The translations under genes and the position numbers were made by a program. DNA of 64,000 nucleotides from a virus. Below the pieces are notes generated by a model. It was not told the origin of the DNA, made no database searches, and was given only the letters and a program-made list of their open reading frames with translations. The DNA lies in IMG/VR virus record IMGVR_UViG_3300035126_000842, positions 58,314 to 122,313 of that record. The stretch is one strand, 5' to 3'. Shown here piece by piece: positions 53,890-62,039 of the stretch; the stretch's first letter is position 1; the number at the start of each line of letters is the position of its first letter.

Positions 53890-54572
53890 AAATTAGTTGT
53901 TTCCCATTCATACATAGAATCTACCATAGCTTTAGCTAGCTTTAGTCTAAACTCTTCTGTCTGAATGTATTGAGCTTCCTTAAAATTAGTGTGAAATCCT
54001 AACTCTAATAAAACTGCAGGCATTATTGTTTTTTGTAATACAAAGAAGTTTTCTTCTTTATCAGGGTCTTTGTCAGTCATATCCTGACGCATGTTTATTT
54101 CGGGGAACTGAGACCTAAGATTTTTAAAAACAATATCCGCAAATTTATCAGAAAGAGTTTGCCCTTTAGACGTAAATACTGTAATACCAGAAGCAGGGTG
54201 CCAGTTAATACCATCTCCTGCAGCGTCACTATGAAAAGAAATATAAACAGATTTTTTACCATATTTATTAGCTAATGTTACACGTTTAAGCAAACTTACA
54301 TCTTCATTAGTAGGAACAAGATTCGCTACCTTAAAACCTAAGTTATTAGCTAGTCTAAATACAGCATTTACATTTAAACGGTTATTTACACCTTCAAATA
54401 ATACCTCTCCGTTTGGAAAAGCAGGAGATCTTTTTCCTGGTGTAACATACTGACCATTTGCCATACCTCCATGTCCTGGATCTAAGAGAAAAGTCCACTT
54501 AGGATTTTTAACCTTAATCTCAATCTTGTCACCAGAAGAAGGAGTAAAGAAATTTATAATGTTTTTTAACAT
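53886..54572 (-). CDS. N-acetylmuramoyl-L-alanine amidase (Amidase_3), probable endolysin
   Basis: LDPGHGG, EGVNN, ISFHSDA and VLLELGF motifs. Confidence 0.9.
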   Translation of the reverse strand: MLKNIINFFTPSSGDKIEIKVKNPKWTFLLDPGHGGMANGQYVTPGKRSPAFPNGEVLFEGVNNRLNVNAVFRLANNLGFKVANLVPTNEDVSLLKRVTLANKYGKKSVYISFHSDAAGDGINWHPASGITVFTSKGQTLSDKFADIVFKNLRSQFPEINMRQDMTDKDPDKEENFFVLQKTIMPAVLLELGFHTNFKEAQYIQTEEFRLKLAKAMVDSMYEWETTNL

Positions 54573-54594
54573 GGTATAAATTTTAAAAGTTAAC

Positions 54595-54888
54595 TTAATT
54601 AGTTTCGTTAGCTTCTTTTGATTCTTCTTCTACTTTAGCTTCTTCAAAACCTTTTTCTAATTGAACGCTAAGTTGAATAAACTCCATACGATTTTTTAAC
54701 TCCTCTAAACGAGCTTTCCAAATCATAGCAAGTTCTTCATAATAAATACGTTGCGCTTTTAAATTAGGAGTTTTGCTCTTGTAGTACTGAGCCATTGCAC
54801 GTTCTTGAGCTTCTTGTATTTTAGCTGATACATTGTTTTCTGTGCTAGAACCTTGTTCCGCAGCAGAGGTTGCATTTTGATTTTCCAT
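54595..54888 (-). CDS. Small coiled-coil hypothetical protein
   Basis: Start moved to the ATG at 54888 (MENQ), 5 nt after a TATATTTG box. Confidence 0.55.
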   Translation of the reverse strand: MENQNATSAAEQGSSTENNVSAKIQEAQERAMAQYYKSKTPNLKAQRIYYEELAMIWKARLEELKNRMEFIQLSVQLEKGFEEAKVEEESKEANETN

Positions 54889-54892
54889 GCAA

Positions 54893-54900
54893 CAAATATA
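54893..54900 (-). promoter_or_regulatory. Bacteroidota-type -7 promoter box (TATATTTG)
   Basis: TAnnTTTG 5 nt upstream of the ATG at 54888. Confidence 0.45.
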
Positions 54901-54915
54901 CATTAAAAGTTTAAA

Positions 54916-55695
54916 CTATGCAAGTTTCCTATATCTTTTTTCAATACTGTGGTATTGATAAAAGTTTTCTAGGTTTCCTCTAAAAATAGCAGACCAAAGT
55001 CCTATGTTACCAGTATTAGTAATTATAGCAGAAGATGTTGTAGATAATGCATGCAGTGTTGCTAAAAACTCCTGAGCAAAGAAAGTTAGGTTTTCTGATA
55101 TAACATAAGAGTCATAGTTTGTTTTTATTCTAGGTATGTTTTCATTTGATAATGTATCAGGAAATATTTGTATAAAATATTCATAAAACTCAACCTCGTC
55201 CGTCTGCAAAAAAAACTTATTGTAACCTGATTGAAAAGCAATATCTATAATAGCATCGTAAGGAGTTCTTTCTATTTCTTTTACTTTATCATTACCTCTA
55301 TAAATAACAGAGCACCGATCTTTAAGATCATAAAAAGAAGATATTTCTTCAGAACGATTATAAATATTAGAATTTAATTTACATACTTCATTTGCTAAAA
55401 GATGAATGTTTTTTAAATCTATTTCATCATACCAGGCAAATTGTAATCCATGATCATAATTAGGTAAAACCAAATCTTGAACTTTTGTGGAATCAAAAGG
55501 AGCATAAACATTATCACAAAATGGTTTATCAAATGCTACTCCTTTTGTGTGTAGTAACCAATCTGTGTAGAAAGAAAACTGCTTGGTTGAATCTATGTCT
55601 GTAATTTCTTTCCAGTTTTTTTGCTGGCAGAAATCATGTAATCTTACTGATAAACAAGATGTTAAACCACCACCTGTAGTAACTTTAAGTATCAT
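54916..55695 (-). CDS. Fucosyltransferase-like GT-B enzyme (GT11/NodZ-like)
   Basis: GGGL N-terminal motif, IYRGNDK (HxRxGD-like), FLQTD, and NTGNIGLWSAIF (STFSWW-like). Confidence 0.55.
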   Translation of the reverse strand: MILKVTTGGGLTSCLSVRLHDFCQQKNWKEITDIDSTKQFSFYTDWLLHTKGVAFDKPFCDNVYAPFDSTKVQDLVLPNYDHGLQFAWYDEIDLKNIHLLANEVCKLNSNIYNRSEEISSFYDLKDRCSVIYRGNDKVKEIERTPYDAIIDIAFQSGYNKFFLQTDEVEFYEYFIQIFPDTLSNENIPRIKTNYDSYVISENLTFFAQEFLATLHALSTTSSAIITNTGNIGLWSAIFRGNLENFYQYHSIEKRYRKLA

Positions 55696-56258
55696 ATCCC
55701 GTATTTTTTATTAAAATCTTCTTTAACATACATATAGTAATACAAAACTTTGTTAATATAAACTTCTGTTTTTATAAAACCTGCTTCTTTAAGCCTTTTA
55801 GAATAATCATAGTCTTCACCATATCGCATATCTCTATATCCTATTATAACAGCAATGTTTCTTTTTATAGGGGTTTTATGGTAAGGAGTTCTAACATAAT
55901 CAAAACCTCCGTGATTATCTTTCCATGTACTCCATTTATTACTAGCAGATGCTGTTTTTCCTGTGGTACCATGACATTCTATTTCAAAACCTACAGAATC
56001 AGGATTCGATTCAAGAGCTTTTAGTATAGACTCTACATAATCCTCAGAAATCATGTCATCATCATCTATAAATACAACATATTCTCCTGCTGCTTTTTCT
56101 AAAAGAGTCTGTCTTTTTCTACCAATAGAAATTTCTTTATTATCTTTTTGCTCTATAACCTCAACGTCTTCTGTTAATTGAGGGTTTAAAACAGAACGTA
56201 GTCTTTCTAAAAGATGTTCTCTTCCTACTACAGTAGGGATAAGAATTGATAGTTTCAT
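55692..56258 (-). CDS. Glycosyltransferase family 2
   Basis: LSILIPT, R..LL..A.GEYVVFIDDDD and GEDYD motifs. Confidence 0.85.
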   Translation of the reverse strand: MKLSILIPTVVGREHLLERLRSVLNPQLTEDVEVIEQKDNKEISIGRKRQTLLEKAAGEYVVFIDDDDMISEDYVESILKALESNPDSVGFEIECHGTTGKTASASNKWSTWKDNHGGFDYVRTPYHKTPIKRNIAVIIGYRDMRYGEDYDYSKRLKEAGFIKTEVYINKVLYYYMYVKEDFNKKYGI

Positions 56259-56866
56259 TTTGCTAAGATTAAATTTTCGTAGTTCTGATGAATTAACTTA
56301 AATCCAGGTAATAATGATAATATCTCATTCTTTACAGAGGGTTTATTGTTAAACTCAATGCATATTAACTTTGTATCCTGAATATACGGTAATAATTCTT
56401 TAAGAATAACAAGATCTAATCCTTCACAATCGATAGAAATAAAATCAAAGGTTTTTATTGAAGACCTTTCTACAATTTTATTTATAGTAGAAGCTTTAAC
56501 TGTAATAGGAGTAAAAGTTTGTGTTTTACCCCATCTTTCAATTTCGCTAGGTACTACAGTAGATAAAAGAGAAGTATCTCCCCTACCTAAATGCTCATTG
56601 CTATCAAGCAATTCTATTTCTTCAATATCTAAATCAACTACGGCTACATTAAATAATTCATTTAATGTGCCTTTATATAGTTTTTCTAATTTAGGAAAAG
56701 CTGTAGGACTAGGTTCAACTAAAACACCAGACCAGCCTTTTTCAAAAAGAGCCCTTGTATTAGATAACGTAATCCCATCATTAGCACCTATATCTAAAAA
56801 AGTACCTTGAGGTTGCTTTTTAAAGTAATCTAAAATTACTTGTTCTTCATTGTTTTGACTATACAT
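56255..56866 (-). CDS. FkbM-family SAM-dependent methyltransferase
   Basis: YSQNNEE, FLDIGANDG..SNT, VLVEP and ISIDCEG motifs. Confidence 0.85.
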   Translation of the reverse strand: MYSQNNEEQVILDYFKKQPQGTFLDIGANDGITLSNTRALFEKGWSGVLVEPSPTAFPKLEKLYKGTLNELFNVAVVDLDIEEIELLDSNEHLGRGDTSLLSTVVPSEIERWGKTQTFTPITVKASTINKIVERSSIKTFDFISIDCEGLDLVILKELLPYIQDTKLICIEFNNKPSVKNEILSLLPGFKLIHQNYENLILAK

Positions 56867-56870
56867 ACCT

Positions 56871-57443
56871 TTATTTTTTTATGTAATATAAATATTCAAT
56901 CGTTTCGTCTACTAAAGTGTGTTCTTCTAAAATATTACCTATTTCCTTAAGACTATAAAAATCATCTGGTTTTTTAAGGCACACAAATTTAGCTTTATTT
57001 ACCATACTTATTAATCCCTTAAGTATAAACCCCGGATTTTTGATGTTTATTACAATCAAATCAAAGGTATGAATAACACTTATACGACTTAATAAAGTAG
57101 GTGTATTATAATAAAGAAAAAGAGGAATAAATTCTTCCTTAGCTTTTTTTAACTCAAACAATTCTAGCACTTTATCAGGTAATCCTTCATTACTAGTGTC
57201 CCTAAAGTATGATTCTGAAGTAGGAGATAATGCAAAATTAAACACCTGGTGCTTTTCATTACCGTAAATCTCCTGTAATTTCTCTACCTTATAACAAGAT
57301 GGCTCTACTAGTGTAGCATACCAACCTTTCGCTGCAAGATCCCCGGTTAGTGAATTTGTTTTACCATCCCCCGCCCCTATTTCTAGGAAAAATCCAACAG
57401 TATTACCTAATATTGAGTTAAGAATTTCTTTTTCCTCAAGCAT
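56871..57443 (-). CDS. Divergent FkbM-like methyltransferase paralog
   Basis: FLEIGAGDG..LVEP is retained, but the IDxEG motif is replaced by INIKN. Confidence 0.6.
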   Translation of the reverse strand: MLEEKEILNSILGNTVGFFLEIGAGDGKTNSLTGDLAAKGWYATLVEPSCYKVEKLQEIYGNEKHQVFNFALSPTSESYFRDTSNEGLPDKVLELFELKKAKEEFIPLFLYYNTPTLLSRISVIHTFDLIVINIKNPGFILKGLISMVNKAKFVCLKKPDDFYSLKEIGNILEEHTLVDETIEYLYYIKK

Positions 57444-58089
57444 TTAATCCAAAATTCTCTGCTTCTCTTCGCTTAAACACCTGTCTATCAGCTTCAAAAA
57501 AGCTTTCTGTCTTATGATATTGAGCATCCCACGCTGCTTTTTTATAAACAGGATGATAATGATCAAATATTTTATTGCTAAAATAAAAATATCTATTTCT
57601 TTTTTTAGCTACTTCCATTGCTTCATTATCAGCCCATAGAGAAGTATAATCCGGGTGATATATATAACCATCCCTATCATAATACTTCCTATCCATTATA
57701 CTCATAGTAGCAAGATGATGTTTAGCATTCTCATCAGGGTAATGTAAAAAACAATCACCTCCTACTGCAGCAACATGATCCTTTATAATCTTATCAAATC
57801 CTTTGATCAAAAATACCTGATCATCAGATACATTAACAAGAATATCCCACGCGGGTGCTAGATTCATATCCCTATTAACAGCATCTATTTTTGTTCTAGA
57901 CAAACCGTAGTAACAAACTACCTTATCATACGAACTTAGTTTTTCCTTAATAGAAATAAGAGATTCATCATCCTCATCGAGGGTGCATAGTATAACATAA
58001 TCATCCGATTCTACCATACTCTTAATGTTCTCAATCGTCCGTATCAATTTCTCAGGACGAGATCTGCTAGTTAACTTAAATAATATCAT
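57436..58089 (-). CDS. GT2-like (GT-A fold) glycosyltransferase
   Basis: TSRSRP, AVN..M..WDILVNVSDDQ, WADNE and H motifs. Confidence 0.7.
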   Translation of the reverse strand: MILFKLTSRSRPEKLIRTIENIKSMVESDDYVILCTLDEDDESLISIKEKLSSYDKVVCYYGLSRTKIDAVNRDMNLAPAWDILVNVSDDQVFLIKGFDKIIKDHVAAVGGDCFLHYPDENAKHHLATMSIMDRKYYDRDGYIYHPDYTSLWADNEAMEVAKKRNRYFYFSNKIFDHYHPVYKKAAWDAQYHKTESFFEADRQVFKRREAENFGLNA

Positions 58090-58316
58090 TTTTCTTTAGA
58101 TAAAATAATAGAAGCTGTATCGTTTTCCGAAACTACAATCATCCTATAAGTAGAACCGCTATCTAAGGGAACTATAATTTCAGCAGGAACTTTAGCTTGT
58201 AAAACCCCGGAGACAAATTTACTAATAACATACCTATAGTCAAACTCATTGTCTACTATAGCAATCTTAGCAGTAAGTACCCCCTCAATAAACTCTACTT
58301 CTTCAAACAATAACAT
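58086..58316 (-). CDS. Hypothetical protein; first gene of the minus-strand block
   Basis: 76 aa ORF with a TAGATTTG box ending 5 nt upstream. Confidence 0.5.
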   Translation of the reverse strand: MLLFEEVEFIEGVLTAKIAIVDNEFDYRYVISKFVSGVLQAKVPAEIIVPLDSGSTYRMIVVSENDTASIILSKEK

Positions 58317-58320
58317 ATTA

Positions 58321-58328
58321 CAAATCTA
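58321..58328 (-). promoter_or_regulatory. Bacteroidota-type -7 promoter box (TAGATTTG)
   Basis: TAnnTTTG at the head of the minus-strand gene block. Confidence 0.5.
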
Positions 58329-58629
58329 TGAAATTAATTTAACAACCCAATACGGCTATAAGTTTTGGTATAAGACTTGTGTTTGATGGGGTGTATATGA
58401 AACGCTCCCCCTGTCAAATCTATCTTTCGGGTACCCCCCGTCATTCTGTGGAGTAAAAAGTATTTCTAGAATTGTTTCTTAAATTTATTTTCTGTGGGAA
58501 GAACAAAGAAGATGGGTGGTGTGTGGTGTGTGGTGTCTATGTGTTGTATCTATTGTTCTATTGTTGTTGGAGTAGGAAGAGAACACACGCAACACAACAA
58601 CCAATGTCTATCAATATCATTTGAACACT

Positions 58630-58812
58630 ATGGAAAATATAGAAAAAAAACCTATTCGCATTGACCTGGAATTGGTTGATGCGACACCCGACGGTCTGCG
58701 GGTAATACAGACCAAACTTAACCAGTGGTTAACAGCAGGAACGCTGGTTAAGTTCGAGTCCCAACCAATGGGAACTCAAATCCTCTTCACAATTGCGAGG
58801 AGGAAAGAATAA
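58630..58812 (+). CDS. Small early hypothetical protein
   Basis: ATG at 58630; the track's TTG start lies inside the repeat motif. Confidence 0.6.
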   Translation: MENIEKKPIRIDLELVDATPDGLRVIQTKLNQWLTAGTLVKFESQPMGTQILFTIARRKE

Positions 58813-58834
58813 CCTTCGGGTTATTCTTTTTTTT
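58805..58834 (+). terminator. Intrinsic terminator
   Basis: AAGAATAACC-TTCG-GGTTATTCTT plus T tract (cUUCGg tetraloop). Confidence 0.9.
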
Positions 58835-58865
58835 CCATTTAGTTTATCAATATCATTTGAATACT

Positions 58866-59087
58866 ATGGCTACTTATATAAAAGTAGACTACCGATGGGT
58901 CGGTAGTATGTCCTTTAATTGGGCATCTTTAGATACGAATGTATCTGAAATTCAGGCTGAATCAATGCCTGAAGCAGAGTACTACGAATCTAACGACCCT
59001 TGGAACAGTCAAGGTACTGAGTATTTCAGTACTCTTGACGAAGCAAACGCTTGGATTGAATCCGAGCGCTCCAATGAGGTAGTCTAA
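58866..59087 (+). CDS. Small acidic early hypothetical protein
   Basis: ATG at 58866, 5 nt after the motif. Confidence 0.6.
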   Translation: MATYIKVDYRWVGSMSFNWASLDTNVSEIQAESMPEAEYYESNDPWNSQGTEYFSTLDEANAWIESERSNEVV

Positions 59088-59166
59088 TTGAGTTAAATTC
59101 TATACAAGGTATAGAAGAAAGACTCAGGGTTCGCAATATAACCTGGTAACAGAAAATTGCAAATTG

Positions 59167-59193
59167 AAAGAGGAATAATTTCCTCTTTTTTTT
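59167..59193 (+). terminator. Intrinsic terminator
   Basis: AAAGAGGAA-TAAT-TTCCTCTTT plus T tract. Confidence 0.8.
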
Positions 59194-59209
59194 ATCAATA
59201 TCATTTACT

Positions 59210-59605
59210 ATGGTTTATAAATATCATACGAACTCTATGGAATTAACGAATATTATTCTAAAATGGGTGAGTCCTATCACCAAGGTTTCCGACAGACTCG
59301 AAAAACGCGAGATTGTCGTCGAGACATTAGGACAGTATCCTCAACTTTTAAAGTTTGAGGTTCATAACGGAAGGTGTGCTGATTACGATAGCATTCCACT
59401 TGAATCTATGATTTCTATTAGATTTGAGTTGTGTGGTCGTAAATGGAAGAACCGCGATGGTAAAGAAGTTCTCATTGAGAGCAAAGTTGCCTACTCGGTC
59501 CACACAAATGTAAAGTCTACTTACACCCACTCCGTACCTGCGCAAACCTCTGCGCCTGCACCTGCACCTGCAAAAGTCACTGACTCTGACGACTTGCCGT
59601 TCTAG
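59210..59605 (+). CDS. DUF3127-like single-stranded DNA-binding protein
   Basis: TLGQYPQLLKFEV..ISIRFELCGRKW OB-fold pattern and acidic DSDDLPF tail. Confidence 0.8.
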   Translation: MVYKYHTNSMELTNIILKWVSPITKVSDRLEKREIVVETLGQYPQLLKFEVHNGRCADYDSIPLESMISIRFELCGRKWKNRDGKEVLIESKVAYSVHTNVKSTYTHSVPAQTSAPAPAPAKVTDSDDLPF

Positions 59606-59608
59606 TGC

Positions 59609-59645
59609 AAACAACACTCCCTCAACAGGGGGTGTTGTTTTTTTT
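59609..59645 (+). terminator. Intrinsic terminator
   Basis: AAACAACACTCCCT-CAAC-AGGGGGTGTTGTTT plus T tract. Confidence 0.85.
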
Positions 59646-59695
59646 AAATGCTTTTATTGATATCATTTGAAGACTGCAACATAAACTTTGTACAT

Positions 59696-59890
59696 ATGAA
59701 AGAGAAAATGCTTCGTATCCTACTAATAATACTATTAGTAGTAGGGGTCTTCACAACAGGGACCTTATTAAACCTGTTGTTTTCTACACTGTTTGCAGGG
59801 GAGTTTATTGCTCTGCAAACTAGCCCTATTTGGGTTGTGTATTGTGTTCTAGGTTTTCTAGCAATACTATACATAATGCTAGAAGAGTAG
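59696..59890 (+). CDS. Small two-helix membrane protein
   Basis: Two hydrophobic stretches; start moved to MKEKM at 59696. Confidence 0.6.
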   Translation: MKEKMLRILLIILLVVGVFTTGTLLNLLFSTLFAGEFIALQTSPIWVVYCVLGFLAILYIMLEE

Positions 59891-59895
59891 AAAAG

Positions 59896-59923
59896 AAACA
59901 GGGTGTAAAAACCCTGTTTTTTT
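59896..59923 (+). terminator. Intrinsic terminator
   Basis: AAACAGGGT-GTAAAA-ACCCTGTTT plus T tract. Confidence 0.85.
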
Positions 59924-59962
59924 ATTTTTATATCATTTGAATATTAGTTAACTAAAATCATT

Positions 59963-60202
59963 ATGAAAAAACTAGTATTATTATTGCTCGCTGTATTGGT
60001 TGTAGGTTGTGGTACTACTACACCAAGATTACATTATCCACAAGAAACTATGTGGAAAATGGCAAGACCATTGTACCAAAACAAGAATCATAGGTATGGT
60101 TTCTTTATATACCCTGATTCTAACTTCGTTACATACGTACCTAGAAAGGGATGTATGATGAACTATGAGTTGTACGACAATGATTATTTGTATATTCCAT
60201 AG
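59963..60202 (+). CDS. Small predicted lipoprotein
   Basis: MKKLVLLLLAVLVVG-C signal peptide with lipobox. Confidence 0.7.
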   Translation: MKKLVLLLLAVLVVGCGTTTPRLHYPQETMWKMARPLYQNKNHRYGFFIYPDSNFVTYVPRKGCMMNYELYDNDYLYIP

Positions 60203-60209
60203 TAAAAAG

Positions 60210-60237
60210 ACCTTCGCTTAAACGCGAGGGTTTTTTT
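60210..60237 (+). terminator. Intrinsic terminator
   Basis: ACCTTCGC-TTAAAC-GCGAGGGT plus T tract. Confidence 0.8.
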
Positions 60238-60292
60238 CTTACTTATTATATATCATTTGAAATCTGATAAATTCACTCTTAAACAAAATGTT

Positions 60293-60607
60293 ATGTTAAG
60301 TTACGAACAGTTAAAGGCAGACCGTAATTATGAAGCTGTATGGGGTTCATTTAAAAGAGAAAATGGCGTCGTTTATGATGTATATGATTATAAACATCAT
60401 GCTACAGAAGATGTAGTTAGTGTGGTAACATTCGAAGTAAACGAAGTAGGAAAAGATGAATTGGATGCACTTTACCGCATTCAACGCATCATTGAGGACA
60501 AGATTTACGAAGCAAGAACTCGTCTTCAAGAAATTAAGGAAGCTAACATTAAGGATGATGAAGAATGCTCAAATGTACCAGCGTACTTCGACGGTCCTTT
60601 CGGGTAA
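60293..60607 (+). CDS. Early hypothetical protein
   Basis: Probable ATG at 60293; the track's TTG start lies inside the repeat motif. Confidence 0.55.
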   Translation: MLSYEQLKADRNYEAVWGSFKRENGVVYDVYDYKHHATEDVVSVVTFEVNEVGKDELDALYRIQRIIEDKIYEARTRLQEIKEANIKDDEECSNVPAYFDGPFG

Positions 60608-60612
60608 AAAGT

Positions 60613-60643
60613 AACAGCGGGTGTAATAACTCGCTGTTTTTTT
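60613..60643 (+). terminator. Intrinsic terminator
   Basis: AACAGCGGGT-GTAATA-ACTCGCTGTT plus T tract. Confidence 0.85.
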
Positions 60644-60718
60644 CCTACTATAGTAACTATATTAATTTAAATATCATTTGAAATCTACAATTATGTTTCA
60701 CCCTTAATCACACAAAAA

Positions 60719-61015
60719 ATGTTAAGAACAGTTAATGAAAATGGAGCTACTGTAGCAGAAGCATTCGGCTTCACGCAAAAAGAAGATGTCTCAATCAGAC
60801 TCTGCGTCCTTAGGAATGTTATGAATCCTGAGTACTCAAAGTACACTGATGTAATGAGTACTTCTCTTAATGAGTTAACAAACGAATTACCCCCTTCGTT
60901 TGAACTAATTGCTACCGTGAGTTTTCAAGCAGGTTTATATTACGAAAAAATGCGCTTGAAACAAGTAGAAGAACTCATAATTGAGCGATTCGTACTCGAA
61001 AATTATCAGGGGTGA
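60719..61015 (+). CDS. Early hypothetical protein
   Basis: 98 aa ORF between a motif copy and a terminator. Confidence 0.6.
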   Translation: MLRTVNENGATVAEAFGFTQKEDVSIRLCVLRNVMNPEYSKYTDVMSTSLNELTNELPPSFELIATVSFQAGLYYEKMRLKQVEELIIERFVLENYQG

Positions 61016-61022
61016 TAATAGG

Positions 61023-61055
61023 AAGCGCTCTCTCTTCGGAGGGAGTGCTTTTTTT
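61023..61055 (+). terminator. Intrinsic terminator
   Basis: AAGCGCTCTCTC-TTCG-GAGGGAGTGCTT plus T tract. Confidence 0.85.
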
Positions 61056-61439
61056 ATCTATTAATTTAAATATCAATTGAATACTAGATATTGTGGTAAT
61101 TGTTGTGTACATTGCATCCTTTCTAGAGGGTTGCATTGATTAGTCCTACTGTTATAATAAGAACAGCATGAAAACATCGCCAAAGGTGTGGGGCATAACA
61201 GTTACTACAGTATTTTTTTTAACTGTATAAGGGAGTATTGTTTTCCTATATATATAGTAAAAAGAGAACAAAGCGGGGGAAATTTTCGCTAGTGTACATA
61301 TGGTGTATATATATCGTATCGTGTGCGTAGCGAAAACTTGCGTATTACTCCTATATATATAGTGTAGTACTATTCGTACTTAATATCTAATAATTTAAAT
61401 ATCACCCGAATCCCGATTATCTTTTCACAATTTAACTAA

Positions 61440-62039
61440 ATGTTTATGGAAATCAAAGTTCAATTCCCAGCGGACTGTTATGTCCAACCACGAGTTGTTC
61501 GCGACGAAGACGGCAACCCTATCGTTAACCCTGAAACAGGCGAGCAGGTTAAAAAGCGCGGTTATTATCGCGGTATCGTCATTGAAGGTAAGGAAGCGTT
61601 TCGCGAACATTATGTTGACCGTAACGGAAATCCTGTTCGTCAACCTAAAGAGAGTAAAGACCTTATCTACTACTCTCTAAACGCACCCGAACTTGTAGGT
61701 CGCGATGCGAGCGGTAAACCTGTCTACGCTATTATGACATTGCAAGCGTGGAGTAATACCGATAATAACGGTGTTACTAAGCGCGGCATCAAAGTGGTAG
61801 ACGGTCGTAACCAAAACGAACTTGACCTCGCAGAACTTAAAAAGGTTCGCGAAATGTTAGGTGACGAGGAAGCGGTAACGGGCGAATACAATCAACGCGT
61901 AGCGCAAGTAGCGAGAAATGCGTTTGACAATGCCTTGCGCAACGTCCGGAATCGCTCTACCGCTACTACGGAAGCGCCTGCGCAAACGCTTGAGAATGAG
62001 CGAGTTATCGAACCGGACCCTAACGAACCCTCCTTCTAA
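61440..62039 (+). CDS. GC-rich hypothetical protein, possibly ssDNA-binding
   Basis: 199 aa, beta-rich, with an acidic tail ending EPDPNEPSF; composition is atypical for this genome. Confidence 0.55.
   Translation: MFMEIKVQFPADCYVQPRVVRDEDGNPIVNPETGEQVKKRGYYRGIVIEGKEAFREHYVDRNGNPVRQPKESKDLIYYSLNAPELVGRDASGKPVYAIMTLQAWSNTDNNGVTKRGIKVVDGRNQNELDLAELKKVREMLGDEEAVTGEYNQRVAQVARNAFDNALRNVRNRSTATTEAPAQTLENERVIEPDPNEPSF

Noticed and set aside
184-56810. Plus-strand ORFs in the track opposite the structural genes (e.g. 184..546, 5076..5630, 7440..7874, 37916..38419, 44022..44417) and short same-strand out-of-frame ORFs
   Set aside because: They lie wholly within long genes with recognisable motifs and have the Ser/Phe/Leu-rich composition of antisense shadows.
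1-58316. Stop-codon reassignment, as in some crAss-like phages
   Set aside because: Very long ORFs are intact in the standard code, and TAA, TAG and TGA all terminate genes at tight junctions.
58621-60292. TTG starts at 58621, 58857 and 60257
   Set aside because: Each TTG is part of the repeated TTTGAA motif, and in-frame ATGs follow shortly after.
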